A stretch of 64,000 nt of DNA from the IMG/VR virus record IMGVR_UViG_3300044960_000113, positions 120,281 through 184,280 of that record, one strand, 5' to 3'. Positions 1 through 9,880 of this stretch are shown in pieces. The notes beneath the pieces were generated by a model. That model had not been told where the DNA came from. It worked only from the letters and a program-made list of their open reading frames with translations, and did not search any database. Origin of the DNA: a virus. Positions within the stretch are counted from its first letter, which is position 1; each line of letters begins with the position of its first letter. The position numbers were made by a program, and so were the translations under genes.

Positions 1-10
1 AGTATAATTA

Positions 11-196
11 TTATATCCAATTTACTATATTTTTATAACTAGTTATAAATTTATCATTTAGTAAAGTTTTACATTCAATAAAATTATCATCTAACCAATT
101 TTCAACATAGGCAAAAATAATTTTATTATTAATTTCAACTTTTACTAATCCAGTTTTAAATGCATGTTCCATTAATTTAATGTCACCTTTTTCCAA
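11..196 (-). CDS. hypothetical protein
   Basis: ORF track, co-oriented with neighbours. Confidence 0.5.
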   Translation of the reverse strand: MEKGDIKLMEHAFKTGLVKVEINNKIIFAYVENWLDDNFIECKTLLNDKFITSYKNIVNWI

Positions 197-372
197 ACGT
201 CAAAAGCTTTATAAAATTCTTGATCATTATTAAATTCAATTTTAACAACATCATCATTATGTGTTAAATAATCGTTAATATTCCAAATATCCCAATCATA
301 AATTCCTTCAGAATTAAGAAGGTTTTGAAATCTATTAAAATATTCCTTTTTAATAACAAGGCCATATGCCAT
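172..372 (-). CDS. hypothetical protein
   Basis: ORF track; AAGGAG upstream of ATG. Confidence 0.6.
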   Translation of the reverse strand: MAYGLVIKKEYFNRFQNLLNSEGIYDWDIWNINDYLTHNDDVVKIEFNNDQEFYKAFDVWKKVTLN

Positions 373-450
373 TTTATTTATCTCCTTTTATTATTTCCAA
401 ATAATTTTTATTTGTTATTCATCATATAATTTCTTTAGTTTATATTTATT

Positions 451-796
451 TGGTGCCACCACCCGGAGTCGAACCGGGATGACCTAATTAGTCGACGGAT
501 TTTAAGCGGTTTTTTCCTAACGTTTCCATTAGGCCCGGACTATCTCTTCACCTTTCATTTCTGTTAAGGTGATGGGCGTTCTAAGCTGGTTATTAAGAGG
601 ACTCAGAATCATTTTAAATAAGACTCTACCTCTCCAGTAGTCTCTACACCTTCAAATGATGTATCATTTGCTTGGCTCGCGATCGCCATTTTTAACAGGC
701 TCTCCCGAATTAACCCATTGTTCACTTTGATATTTCTATCAAAGGCGGACTAGGTCGTTACCTTTCCGTTGCGTCTACCAATTCCGCCATGGTGGC
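451..796 (-). tRNA. trnL-TAA: tRNA-Leu(TAA) interrupted by a group I intron
   Basis: Exons 796-765 (GCCACCATGGCGGAATTGGTAGACGCAACGGA) and 506-451 (CTTAAAATCCGT...GGTTCGACTCCGGGTGGTGGCACCA) join into a full Leu cloverleaf with stem ACGGA/TCCGT. Confidence 0.9.
507..764 (-). mobile_element. group I intron (258 nt, no ORF)
   Basis: P/Q/R/S-like elements AATTCGGGAGAG, GATCGCGAGC, GTGTAGAGACTA, AAGAGATAGTC; P7 GACTA/TAGTC; P3 ATGGG/CCCAT; GAAA-capped P2 and P9; terminal G at 507. Confidence 0.88.
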
Positions 797-881
797 ATAT
801 GTATATATTATAAAAATTTTAAAGAACTATTAATTATAACTTTGTATTTATATTTTATTAAATATAATAATTAATTTCTTT

Positions 882-1190
882 CTAATGAATTACTTGTTGA
901 TTACTATATAACGTTAATACTTCTTCCCAAAATTCTTTCATTTCGGGATTTTTTTCTATTGCTGTTAATAATAGAGGAATCCAATCTACAATTTCATCAC
1001 TATATGAAATAATTAAATCTTTAATATGTGTTAAATCTGTCATCTCAAAAAGAATAATTTCTATCTGATCACCATTAATATCATTAATGAAACCTGTAAC
1101 AATATCACTATCATCATTTTCAAATACAAGTTGTGCTGGTTTAATACCGTCTGGATCTTCTGCCTTAATTGTATATCGTTGTGTAATCAT
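882..1190 (-). CDS. hypothetical protein
   Basis: ORF track. Confidence 0.6.
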   Translation of the reverse strand: MITQRYTIKAEDPDGIKPAQLVFENDDSDIVTGFINDINGDQIEIILFEMTDLTHIKDLIISYSDEIVDWIPLLLTAIEKNPEMKEFWEEVLTLYSNQQVIH

Positions 1191-1214
1191 AATTATTTTT
1201 TAAAAATAAAACAA

Positions 1215-1421
1215 TTAATTAAATTCTTTATTAATATAATAATGTAACAATTTATCTTTAATCATTTCTGGAATACAAGAATATCCTTCTTCTAAATAAA
1301 ATCGCGGTGAATCACCCCATGCTCTATTTCTCAAAAAATTGGCAAATGCTAATCTATGACCTTGATTTTCGACATCAAATTGAATTTCAGGACGTGTTTT
1401 AAGAATATAAACTCTTTTCAT
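1215..1421 (-). CDS. hypothetical phage protein
   Basis: ORF track; AAGGA upstream. Confidence 0.65.
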   Translation of the reverse strand: MKRVYILKTRPEIQFDVENQGHRLAFANFLRNRAWGDSPRFYLEEGYSCIPEMIKDKLLHYYINKEFN

Positions 1422-1645
1422 TATGCAGTCCTTTCATAACTAAAGAACGTTCAAAATATTTCTTTTCTTGTTGAATATAATCTTTTTCTATTTTTGTATC
1501 TTTATTATTAATTATTAGTACACATCCACTTAATAATAATGAAAATAATAAAAATAAAAAAATATTTCGAATAAACATTTTATTTATCTAAATTTTAAAT
1601 TAATGTTGAAATTATATATCAAATATTAAAAAATGTAAATAAATC

Positions 1646-2461
1646 CTAGGAAATATTTAAAATTTCATTAGTATAACCAACTCTATACCATTTCATTTTA
1701 TAATTTTTATTAATACTGTCTTTAGTATTATACATTATATCTCCAATATCAAGAAAAAGATTAGGATGTTTTGACCAAAAATTTTTAGAATAACCTTTAT
1801 ATGCTATTTTTAATAATCTAGCCGGTTTATCATTCATATCTCTATATAATTTTATCAACGCATCATAAATTTTATTAGGATAAAAATCTAAAAATTGTGT
1901 AGTTATTCTAGATTGAACATCAATAATATTTCCATTAATTGTATTAAATGACATTGCACCATAATATGAACGATATACCTTTCTCTCAACAAAGTTTATT
2001 ATTGATGGAAAGTTTTTTATAGACAAGTTTGGCAATGTTTCCCACATCATAAATCTACCATCTTCATTTAAAGTTGCTTTTACACTTGCTGACCATAAAA
2101 TTTCATTATTTAAAATTAGTGTATCTGTTCTAATATAATCTCCATTAAAATGAGAGAACCAAAAATATCCAGGTTTAAATTTTACATCATCTATAGATTT
2201 CCATATATCACAATCAAAATAATCACAATCAATATTGTAAATAGGACGACTAAAAACAGGAAATGTTTGGGGAACAATTCCATGTGGAGCACATAAATAT
2301 CCTAATGATTCACAAATATAAAGTCTGTTAAATAACCAATGTTGTTGTTGAAAATGATGATATACATCCAAATCATATAATGGAATTATAGTATTTGGTA
2401 TTGATTTTTGATAATTTACAAACTTATTTAGTTCCCATTTACCAGGTGTTAAAAACGGCAT
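1646..2461 (-). CDS. putative ATP-grasp-fold protein
   Basis: PHGxxPxxFPVFSRPIYN motif and later F/W-S-x-H-F-x-G pattern resemble an uncharacterised bacterial ATP-grasp family. Confidence 0.45.
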   Translation of the reverse strand: MPFLTPGKWELNKFVNYQKSIPNTIIPLYDLDVYHHFQQQHWLFNRLYICESLGYLCAPHGIVPQTFPVFSRPIYNIDCDYFDCDIWKSIDDVKFKPGYFWFSHFNGDYIRTDTLILNNEILWSASVKATLNEDGRFMMWETLPNLSIKNFPSIINFVERKVYRSYYGAMSFNTINGNIIDVQSRITTQFLDFYPNKIYDALIKLYRDMNDKPARLLKIAYKGYSKNFWSKHPNLFLDIGDIMYNTKDSINKNYKMKWYRVGYTNEILNIS

Positions 2462-2501
2462 GTTTATAAAATTTTAATATCATTATATTATAATGATATA
2501 T

Positions 2502-3698
2502 TTATAACATGCAATTTTTTAATAATATAAATCCATTCCTACCACCGAATCCAAATGAATTTTTGAGAGCATATCTAATCTGTTTTTCTTTAGGTTTATG
2601 CATTACGAAATCTAGGTTAGCGTCTAATGGGTCGTTTAAGTTCATCGTATGTGGGATTAATGAATGTTTCATAGCCATAATAGTATATATTAATTCAACA
2701 ATGTTTGATGAATGAATACAATGTCCTATATGTCCTTTATTACTACTTATTGATACACCTGGAAAATATTTTTCCATTAAACTAGCTTCTATATCATCAC
2801 CAACTGGAGTAGATGTTGCATGTGCATTTATATAATCTATTTGTCCATTAAAATTTTTCAAACATCTTTCTAAAGCAATTCTTGAACTTTTCATTTCTTT
2901 ATCTGGTGCTGTTAAATTATTTCCATCATTTTGAAAACCTAAACCAATAATTTCTGCATAAATTTTAGCATTTCTTTTTTCAGCATGTTCTAATGTTTCT
3001 ATAATTAAACATGCATGTCCATTAGCAATCATAAAACCATCTCTATTTTTATCAAATGGTCTAGATATTTCTTTTTTAGATAATGCACCTAAATTTTCAA
3101 ACCATGTAATATCTAAATAGTTACAACCATTACTTGATGTTCCAACTATAGTACATTGAAGATTATTTTCACTCATTATCTTCAAAGCATAATCTATACT
3201 ATAAAAACCCGTTGAACATGCAGCAGATAATGTTAAAGACTGACCTGTTAAATTATATCTAGTTTGTATACAATTTGAAATAAAATCTGAACTATAATTT
3301 AATGCTATGAAAGGATTTAATCGCCCAAAGGTATTATTAATATAATCTAAATAATCTAATGCTATATTTCTTGTAGAAGAACTAAAAACAACTGGAACTT
3401 CTTTACCGTGAATATTTATGTTTGCATCTTTAATAGCATGTTCAACAACACCTAAAGCAATTTTAGAATTATTAGTTAATCTTCTTAACTCTTTTTCAGT
3501 ATATCCATATTTTGTTAAATCTGGAACTATTTGTTTTTCTAAAAAACAGAATTTTGTTTTTATGTTTTTATTTTTTAATGAGTCTATATTAGACGTGGAT
3601 GTTAAGTTTTGATTATTTGTAATAATATTATTAAAACATTCACTGGGATCAGATCCTAATGAATCATGGATACCAATACCTGTTATTACAAATCTCAT
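2502..3698 (-). CDS. fabF: beta-ketoacyl-ACP synthase (FabF/FabB family)
   Basis: Catalytic Cys in SAACSTG, His in NAHATST, KGHIGH, C-terminal NSFGFGGRN. Confidence 0.93.
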   Translation of the reverse strand: MRFVITGIGIHDSLGSDPSECFNNIITNNQNLTSTSNIDSLKNKNIKTKFCFLEKQIVPDLTKYGYTEKELRRLTNNSKIALGVVEHAIKDANINIHGKEVPVVFSSSTRNIALDYLDYINNTFGRLNPFIALNYSSDFISNCIQTRYNLTGQSLTLSAACSTGFYSIDYALKIMSENNLQCTIVGTSSNGCNYLDITWFENLGALSKKEISRPFDKNRDGFMIANGHACLIIETLEHAEKRNAKIYAEIIGLGFQNDGNNLTAPDKEMKSSRIALERCLKNFNGQIDYINAHATSTPVGDDIEASLMEKYFPGVSISSNKGHIGHCIHSSNIVELIYTIMAMKHSLIPHTMNLNDPLDANLDFVMHKPKEKQIRYALKNSFGFGGRNGFILLKNCML

Positions 3699-3703
3699 TA
3701 TTT

Positions 3704-4018
3704 TTAAACAGTTTCTGTCGTTACATAAGTAGTAATATTATGTTGTGCAGTATAAGTATCAATAGCATTTTGTAAATCATTAATTAATGTTTGATTTTGA
3801 CTTAAAAATTCATTTCTATATGACTCATCAGCCCAAATATAAGTAATAGTTGATGTTACATCATCAATGTGATTAGTTTCAACACCTATAAATTTATCTG
3901 GTGGTAATTGATTTAATAAAGAAATCAAATTATTATGTAAATTTGAAATTGTATCACTATTTATTAAACCTGGATCTGTTGGTGATTGTCTTATGATTGT
4001 TCTAGTAACTTTAAACAT
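3704..4018 (-). CDS. hypothetical protein
   Basis: ORF track; AGGAG RBS. Confidence 0.65.
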   Translation of the reverse strand: MFKVTRTIIRQSPTDPGLINSDTISNLHNNLISLLNQLPPDKFIGVETNHIDDVTSTITYIWADESYRNEFLSQNQTLINDLQNAIDTYTAQHNITTYVTTETV

Positions 4019-4072
4019 AGTATTTCTCCTTTAAATAAAATAATGTAATAAAATATTTCTACTGTATATTTA

Positions 4073-4474
4073 TTATTTATAATTAAATGTTGACCATAAA
4101 TCTTTATCTGTTTGTTTTGGTAATTCTTTTTTATTTGCTTTTGCTAATATCAATAATGCATTAAATACATCCTTAGGAAATCCATTTCTATTTCCTCTAT
4201 CATCAATAATTAATTTATTAAAATATGAATCTAATTCAATACTACCCCACGTAAGTTCAATTTTTTCAAAAATACGAGGATATTTATCCTTAATTAAATC
4301 AGCGGCATTAAATACTTCTTCTAAATCATTAGGTGGTTTTTTAAATAATGTCACTGGTTCAATAGGTGTTTCATCAGATGGAATAATTTCTGGAAATTCA
4401 GAAGTTGGTATTACCTCATTACCCCAAATAAACTCACCCTTTTTTTCAAATATCATATTATTATAGATCTCCAA
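4073..4474 (-). CDS. hypothetical protein with YPRI...WGS...DRGxRxGFP domain
   Basis: C-terminal motif resembles a small uncharacterised domain I recall mostly from Betaproteobacteria. Confidence 0.6.
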   Translation of the reverse strand: MEIYNNMIFEKKGEFIWGNEVIPTSEFPEIIPSDETPIEPVTLFKKPPNDLEEVFNAADLIKDKYPRIFEKIELTWGSIELDSYFNKLIIDDRGNRNGFPKDVFNALLILAKANKKELPKQTDKDLWSTFNYK

Positions 4475-4486
4475 TTATATATTATT

Positions 4487-4707
4487 ATTGATTAACCGAT
4501 AACCAGGATTCTGTCTAGGAGTATAATTTATCTATGCCACAACCCGATCTCATAGGATGGAACTTACCTCGATCTATTTGTGTTGCACACTCAATCTTTC
4601 GATTTATTAATGGTACAAACGACTATTAGTCTCCCATTAGTTCCAAGTGTGTCCTGAGTTTCCTCAACGGGTTTTAAAAACCCACCGCTATACTCTAGTT
4701 AATCAAT
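4487..4707 (-). ncRNA. rnpB: RNase P RNA, minimal bacterial-type (221 nt)
   Basis: CR-I GAGGAAACTCAGGAC (4665-4651), CR-V ACAGAATCCTGGTTA (4514-4500); P4 AAC[T]CAGGA/TCCTGGTT; P1 ATTGATTAACT/GGTTAATCAAT; P2 AGTATAG/TTATACT; P6 TGGAACT/AGTTCCA; GCAA-P15-AAATA...GGGT loop. Confidence 0.88.
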
Positions 4708-4714
4708 TCATTTG

Positions 4715-4787
4715 CTCCTCGGCCTGGGTTCGAACCAGGGACACACGGATTAACAGTCCGTCGCTCTACCAGCTGAGCTACCGAGGA
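4715..4787 (-). tRNA. trnN: tRNA-Asn(GTT), CCA not encoded
   Basis: Cloverleaf, ACGGA-CTGTTAA-TCCGT. Confidence 0.93.
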
Positions 4788-4791
4788 TCTT

Positions 4792-4867
4792 TGGTGCTGC
4801 CTGTCGGACTTGAACTGACAACCTACTGATTACAAATCAGTTGCTCTACCAATTGAGCTAAGGCAGC
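4792..4867 (-). tRNA. trnT: tRNA-Thr(TGT)
   Basis: Cloverleaf, ACTGA-TTTGTAA-TCAGT, CCA end. Confidence 0.95.
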
Positions 4868-4904
4868 ATTATATATTTATTAATCTTTATTCTTAACAGA
4901 GAAT

Positions 4905-4933
4905 ATTATATCATAGTTTTATTAAAAAGTAAA
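4905..4933 (-). promoter_or_regulatory. sigma70-like promoter TTTACT-N17-TATAAT for Thr-Asn-rnpB
   Basis: Same motif recurs at 12857-12885, 18508-18536, 21682-21710, 30975-31003. Confidence 0.7.
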
Positions 4934-4942
4934 TACGTTTTA

Positions 4943-5200
4943 CTATGATAACACTTTAGATTTTGTGTAAATATCTTTGAAATCAAATCTAACTTTTTTA
5001 TATGCTAAAAGATGTCCGTCTTCTGAAATTGGTAAATTATTATTTTCCATAAAATCCCATAATTCATTGACAGATGAAGAACTTGGATTTTGTATTAGCA
5101 ACTCTAAAAATTTTACGTATCGCGATACGTCAAAACCCATTTTTAATATTGATAACATTTTTTATTAAAGAACCGTGAATTTCTTTTCCTTTGTAAAAAA
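4943..5200 (-). pseudogene. rIIB-like fragment, frameshifted and truncated
   Basis: NPSxxxVxELWDF...LPISEDGHLLAYKKVR is rIIB-like; upstream YKGKEIHGSLIK lies in another frame. Confidence 0.7.
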
Positions 5201-5311
5201 TTTTATCATCTCTAATTATATCCTCTAAATATAGGAAAAACAATGAAAATATTATATCATAAAATCAATAAAAAGTGTTAATTATTTTTTATAATATTAA
5301 TCAATAATATT

Positions 5312-7030
5312 TTATCCACATTTACTAGAACCACATTGCATACATTTATGACATCCTTCTTGATATACAACCTTTTCACTTCCACATTCTGTACATTTTG
5401 CACCTTCAACTATTTCACCATCTTTAATAAATGATGCTAGAAATTTTTTAATCTGGAAAATAAAACTTCCAACATAAACATCTTTAATGCTATCAAGTGT
5501 TGCAACAATATTTTTGATTAATACTCCATGTCTAAGATTTAAAGAAATCATTCTAGCAATTTTAGAAGCATTATCATTTGATTTAATTTTTTCTAACACT
5601 TTATCTATATGCTCTTGTTTAATATTTTTTCTTTTTGCTAATTCTGTCAATTTATCAATAGCATCTAATGTTATAACATTTTTTTCATGATGATTTGTAT
5701 GAACAAATAATGCAAATGGTCTAGTGCGTGTTTCATTCCAAACAACAGTTAGATACCATTTTCTTCCTTCAGCACGTAAAGTTTTCATTGATGCTTCTGC
5801 AGTTTCTGGAAGAATTACATCATCTAAAATAATTTCCTCATCATAACCATTTTTATCTGTTTCTTTTGAAGATAGTACAGCTGTCATTGTACCTGTTCTG
5901 TATGTTGTTACACCTTTAACATATCCAGATTTATAAACATCTAAATAAACATTTTTAAAATCATCAAATGGATATTCATGTGGAACATTGACAGTTTTTG
6001 ACATAGCACTGTCAACCCATCTTGCAAATCCAACTAAATCATTAACATGATCTTCAACAGTCAATCCATTCAATGCAGTAACAGCCCATGGTGCTTTTGG
6101 ATTCCATTCATTTTTTTCTTTTAAATATCTAACACCATAATCAGAACACGTAACCTCTTTAGTCAATCCTCTATTTTTATCGATTTTATAAACTATACCA
6201 TTATGTTTTCCTTTAAGAATTTCTTCATCACCTTCTTTTGTGAATTTAAAAATTTTTGTTTCATGCCACTCACCATCGTACCATTTAGGTGTTTCTTCAA
6301 TCATATCTTCTGGAATAGATGGAACAATAACCGTTCTTATATATTCTGGCATAAATATTGGTTCTAATCCACTAGATACAACATTTGCTAATATAGAAGT
6401 ATTTCCTGTTGGTTGTATCGATAATAATGAACTATTCCTAATTCCAACAGTTTTTAATTTTTCCATATATGATTTTGATAGACCTAATGATTGAATAAAT
6501 GGATTTTCAGAATGTTTTTGTGGGTCACATAATTTAAACATTCCTTTTTCTTCTGCTAAATCAATAGATGACATATATGCACTTCTAGCTATGGTAGACA
6601 TAACCTTTTCACGCAATTCATGTGATTTATCAGAACCAAATTTTATTTTCAACATAAATAATGATGATGCCCAACCAAGAATACCAATACCAATGCGACG
6701 CTTATTTTTCATTGAATATTCATATTCAGGAAGTGGTGCATTAGATAAAGTATTAACATTATCTAAGAAACGAACAAGATAACCTGTATATTTTGCTATT
6801 TTTTTATAATCAAAATCTGTACAATCTTCATTAATAAATTGAGTTAAATTTAATGAAGATAAACAACAAATACCACCTGGAGCCAACATTTGTTCACCAC
6901 AATTATGAACTAAAATTCCATTTGCAAAAAAATTATGATTTTTGGTAGTAGTTAAATCAAAAACATCTTGATTTTCAGTTATTTTTATAGATTTAATTTT
7001 TAATTTGCGGAGGTTGTTGTTTGTTTCCAT
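5312..7030 (-). CDS. nrdJ: class II ribonucleotide reductase, C-terminal part, preceded by split-intein IntC
   Basis: 43-aa IntC ending VHN, then CGEQ; PTGNTS, KGVTTYR; C-terminal Cys-rich tail. Confidence 0.9.
   Translation of the reverse strand: METNNNLRKLKIKSIKITENQDVFDLTTTKNHNFFANGILVHNCGEQMLAPGGICCLSSLNLTQFINEDCTDFDYKKIAKYTGYLVRFLDNVNTLSNAPLPEYEYSMKNKRRIGIGILGWASSLFMLKIKFGSDKSHELREKVMSTIARSAYMSSIDLAEEKGMFKLCDPQKHSENPFIQSLGLSKSYMEKLKTVGIRNSSLLSIQPTGNTSILANVVSSGLEPIFMPEYIRTVIVPSIPEDMIEETPKWYDGEWHETKIFKFTKEGDEEILKGKHNGIVYKIDKNRGLTKEVTCSDYGVRYLKEKNEWNPKAPWAVTALNGLTVEDHVNDLVGFARWVDSAMSKTVNVPHEYPFDDFKNVYLDVYKSGYVKGVTTYRTGTMTAVLSSKETDKNGYDEEIILDDVILPETAEASMKTLRAEGRKWYLTVVWNETRTRPFALFVHTNHHEKNVITLDAIDKLTELAKRKNIKQEHIDKVLEKIKSNDNASKIARMISLNLRHGVLIKNIVATLDSIKDVYVGSFIFQIKKFLASFIKDGEIVEGAKCTECGSEKVVYQEGCHKCMQCGSSKCG
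6902..7030 (-). other. split intein C-fragment (43 aa)
   Basis: VFDLTT...HNFFANGILVHN followed by Cys+1. Confidence 0.92.
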
Positions 7031-7145
7031 ATAGCTTTTTCCTTTTTGTAACTTTCACAATAATCATTAATGTTGTCAATTATAATAATTGGTATATCTT
7101 GTTCTTTTTTTAACATCTATGGAAGTTATAAACCTATGTGACATT

Positions 7146-8483
7146 TTAAATACCTATTAAAATATCGTCTGTTGTTAAGTCAGATGCATTAACATACCCA
7201 CGATTTTCAGTATAGACTTTATGATCTGGTGTTAATTTAATGACTGTAGAATCTTCTAATTCTAATTCGATAACATTAGCATTATTACGTGTTTTGTCGA
7301 CAAAAGTTATATCTTCAAATTCTGTATTTTGTGTGTCAATATTCATTGTTAATACTTTGAAGCTTTCACCAGATTTAAACCTTTTGGCCAACTCAAAAAA
7401 TGATATTTCACCCTTATCTGTCGTGACTAAAGTATCACCAGTTAAACATGGATTTGTCGAATAAATTGTTTCAGCATAATTTAATGGATTAAAATAATTT
7501 GCACGATCTAAAAATAAAACACCTGGCTCTGCGCGATTATATGTTGATTCCATAATTAAATTCCATAGCCAAGTTGCTGATACTGTTTGATACACTATTG
7601 TTGGATACCCAGCTGATTCCCATTGCTTAATGTCACCTTTCCATTCTTTTTTATATTTTGGATGACTTGTGTCTGGGAAACGTAAATTCCATTTATCAAT
7701 TTCTTCTTTTTCTTTAATTAAAATTTGTTTATTTTCATCATCATCTGATAATGAATCAATTTGTTTTTGTAATTCTAATGCTTTTATAACCTTTGACATA
7801 AATTCATCTGAACAATTTACTGACATATTAAATTTTGTCAATCTTCCTGATGATTGTTTTGCTGTAATAAATTCTATAATATCAGGGTGCCAAACATCTA
7901 ATACTGCCATCATCGCGCCCTTTCTAATTTTACCTTTCGCTTTTACATGTGTTGATTTTTTACCTGAACCAGAAGTAATAATATCAGATGATTTATCAAA
8001 TAATTCCATATATTTTACAGCACCTGGCGTTTCAACGCCAATCCCATAAATAAAAGCACCACGCGGTCTTATCCAACTAAAATTTTCTCCCCATCCACCC
8101 TCACTTTTGAGTGTTTGTGCTTGATCATTTAATGTTTTAATAATATTACTTAATGAGTCTATATCATTATTTGCTCTAGGTGCAACAAAGCAATTAATAA
8201 ATGTTGTACCTTTCCATTCTGTCCCAGCATTTGCATAAATTCTACCACCAGCAGTAACTTTAAATTCACTAAGCATATCATAAAATTTTTCGGTCCACTC
8301 GATACGCTTTTCTTCAGTTTCTTCTGCTGATGCTATTGTTTTTGCGACTCTAAAAAGAGTATCATCTATTGTTTTATCATTATAATCTTTGTATGTTGTT
8401 TGCCATATTTCTTCTGAAAATTGATCTTGAAATTTTGTTGAATATTTTTTTTGAAGTTTTTGTTTAAGTGTATTGAAATCCAT
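7146..8483 (-). CDS. nrdJ: class II ribonucleotide reductase, N-terminal part, ending in split-intein IntN
   Basis: AGGRI, NCFV, LRPRG-like and FNMSV motifs; STNP followed by CLTGDTLV. Confidence 0.9.
   Translation of the reverse strand: MDFNTLKQKLQKKYSTKFQDQFSEEIWQTTYKDYNDKTIDDTLFRVAKTIASAEETEEKRIEWTEKFYDMLSEFKVTAGGRIYANAGTEWKGTTFINCFVAPRANNDIDSLSNIIKTLNDQAQTLKSEGGWGENFSWIRPRGAFIYGIGVETPGAVKYMELFDKSSDIITSGSGKKSTHVKAKGKIRKGAMMAVLDVWHPDIIEFITAKQSSGRLTKFNMSVNCSDEFMSKVIKALELQKQIDSLSDDDENKQILIKEKEEIDKWNLRFPDTSHPKYKKEWKGDIKQWESAGYPTIVYQTVSATWLWNLIMESTYNRAEPGVLFLDRANYFNPLNYAETIYSTNPCLTGDTLVTTDKGEISFFELAKRFKSGESFKVLTMNIDTQNTEFEDITFVDKTRNNANVIELELEDSTVIKLTPDHKVYTENRGYVNASDLTTDDILIGI
7149..7448 (-). 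other. split intein N-fragment (100 aa)
   Basis: Block A CLTGDT, block B LTPDHKVYT. Confidence 0.92.
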
Positions 8484-8610
8484 CTTTTCTCCTATTTAAT
8501 CTTTGTATGTTGTTTGCCATATTTCTTCTGAAAATTGATCTTGAAATTTTGTTGAATATTTTTTTTGAAGTTTTTGTTTAAGTGTATTGAAATCCATCTT
8601 TTCTCCTATT
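8383..8610. repeat. perfect 114-bp tandem duplication of the nrdJ RBS and first 33 codons
   Basis: 8383-8496 is identical to 8497-8610. Confidence 0.9.
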
Positions 8611-8638
8611 ATTCATAATCATGTGATTTCACAAAATT

Positions 8639-9880
8639 CTATAAAACCACTGGACACTTCAACGAAGCAGCCAATGTCGTACCGACCACTGGACTTATGA
8701 CCTCTCTGTGTCTGTTCTCGACTGATTCGGCCGAGTTTAATTCTCTTGCACCTCTTTTAATCCAATTGACAAGATCTCTAGAGGCTTCTTGTTCGATGTT
8801 CTTAGCAGCATTCAAGTCTCGATCATGCACTACACCACAGACGGGACATGTCCAACGACGGGCATCAAGCGATTTTTTACCATCATGATGACCACAAGTA
8901 GAACAAATTTGACTAGAAGCAAAGTAGCGATCAACCTTGGCAAATTCCTTGCCATACCAATTTGCTTTGTACTCAATTTTAGATACCAATGAAGACCAAC
9001 TCGCATCCGCAATGTTCTTGTTTCGAGTCTTGTTCTTAGACTGCATCATACCTTGGATAGCTAGATCCTCAAGATAGATGTAGTCATAATTCTTGACAAG
9101 CCATTTAGAAAACTCATGTTGTAGGTGTTCTCGCTGATTAGAAATTTTCAAATATATGCGATTGACCTTCAACTGTTGCTGCTTGCGGCGATTGCTACCT
9201 TTTTGCTTCCGACTCAAATGCTGTTGTGCTCTTTTTAGTTTAGATTGGCTTTCTCTAAACCACCTTGGATTTGCTAGTTTGTGACCGTCACTGAGAACAG
9301 CCAAATCTTTCAACCCAAGATCAATACCTACAGCACGATAGGTATTTGGTAAAGGTTCTGGTTTTGCTTCTTCCACCAGAACGCTTACAAAATACTGGTT
9401 TGCTTTGTTTTTCGAAACTGTTACTGATTTGGGCGCTCCACGGAACTTTCGATCAACAACCATTTTCATTGGTGTCATTTTTGTGAGCTTGATTGTTCCA
9501 GCATTTAAATCAAACGCCTTCATTCCACCCAATGATGCCGCGGGAATTTTGAATGAATCTCGTGATTTACCTTTACGTTTGAACTTCATTCGCCCAAGTT
9601 TAACTGCTCGTTTCTTGTTGAAGAATTGCTTTTTGGTTTCATCAAAGTCCATTCGCTTTTGCTGAAGTGCATAGCTGATGGCTTCGTTCAACCAAGGATA
9701 TCTGGGATCATCTTTCAAGGTCTTTTCTGTGACCGTTTGGTTTGGTCCATCTTTAGACCAAGAATTGAAGTTAGCTACCAGTTGATTCCAGACAAAACGA
9801 ACTGCACCAAAGTTCTGCAACAAGAACTGCTCTTGTTCTTTGGTTGGATATAACCGATACTTGTATGCCATAAGAATCAT
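8639..9880 (-). mobile_element. tnpB: RNA-guided endonuclease TnpB (IS200/IS605-type, no transposase)
   Basis: YKYRLYPT HTH; RuvC GIDLG, LEDL, HDRDLNAA; CxxC...CxxC; higher GC than flanks. Confidence 0.93.

Noticed and set aside
4870-4940. A fourth attenuator ahead of Thr-Asn-rnpB or the Leu(TAA) gene
   Set aside because: No leader ORF or terminator hairpin lies between the promoter and the first tRNA.
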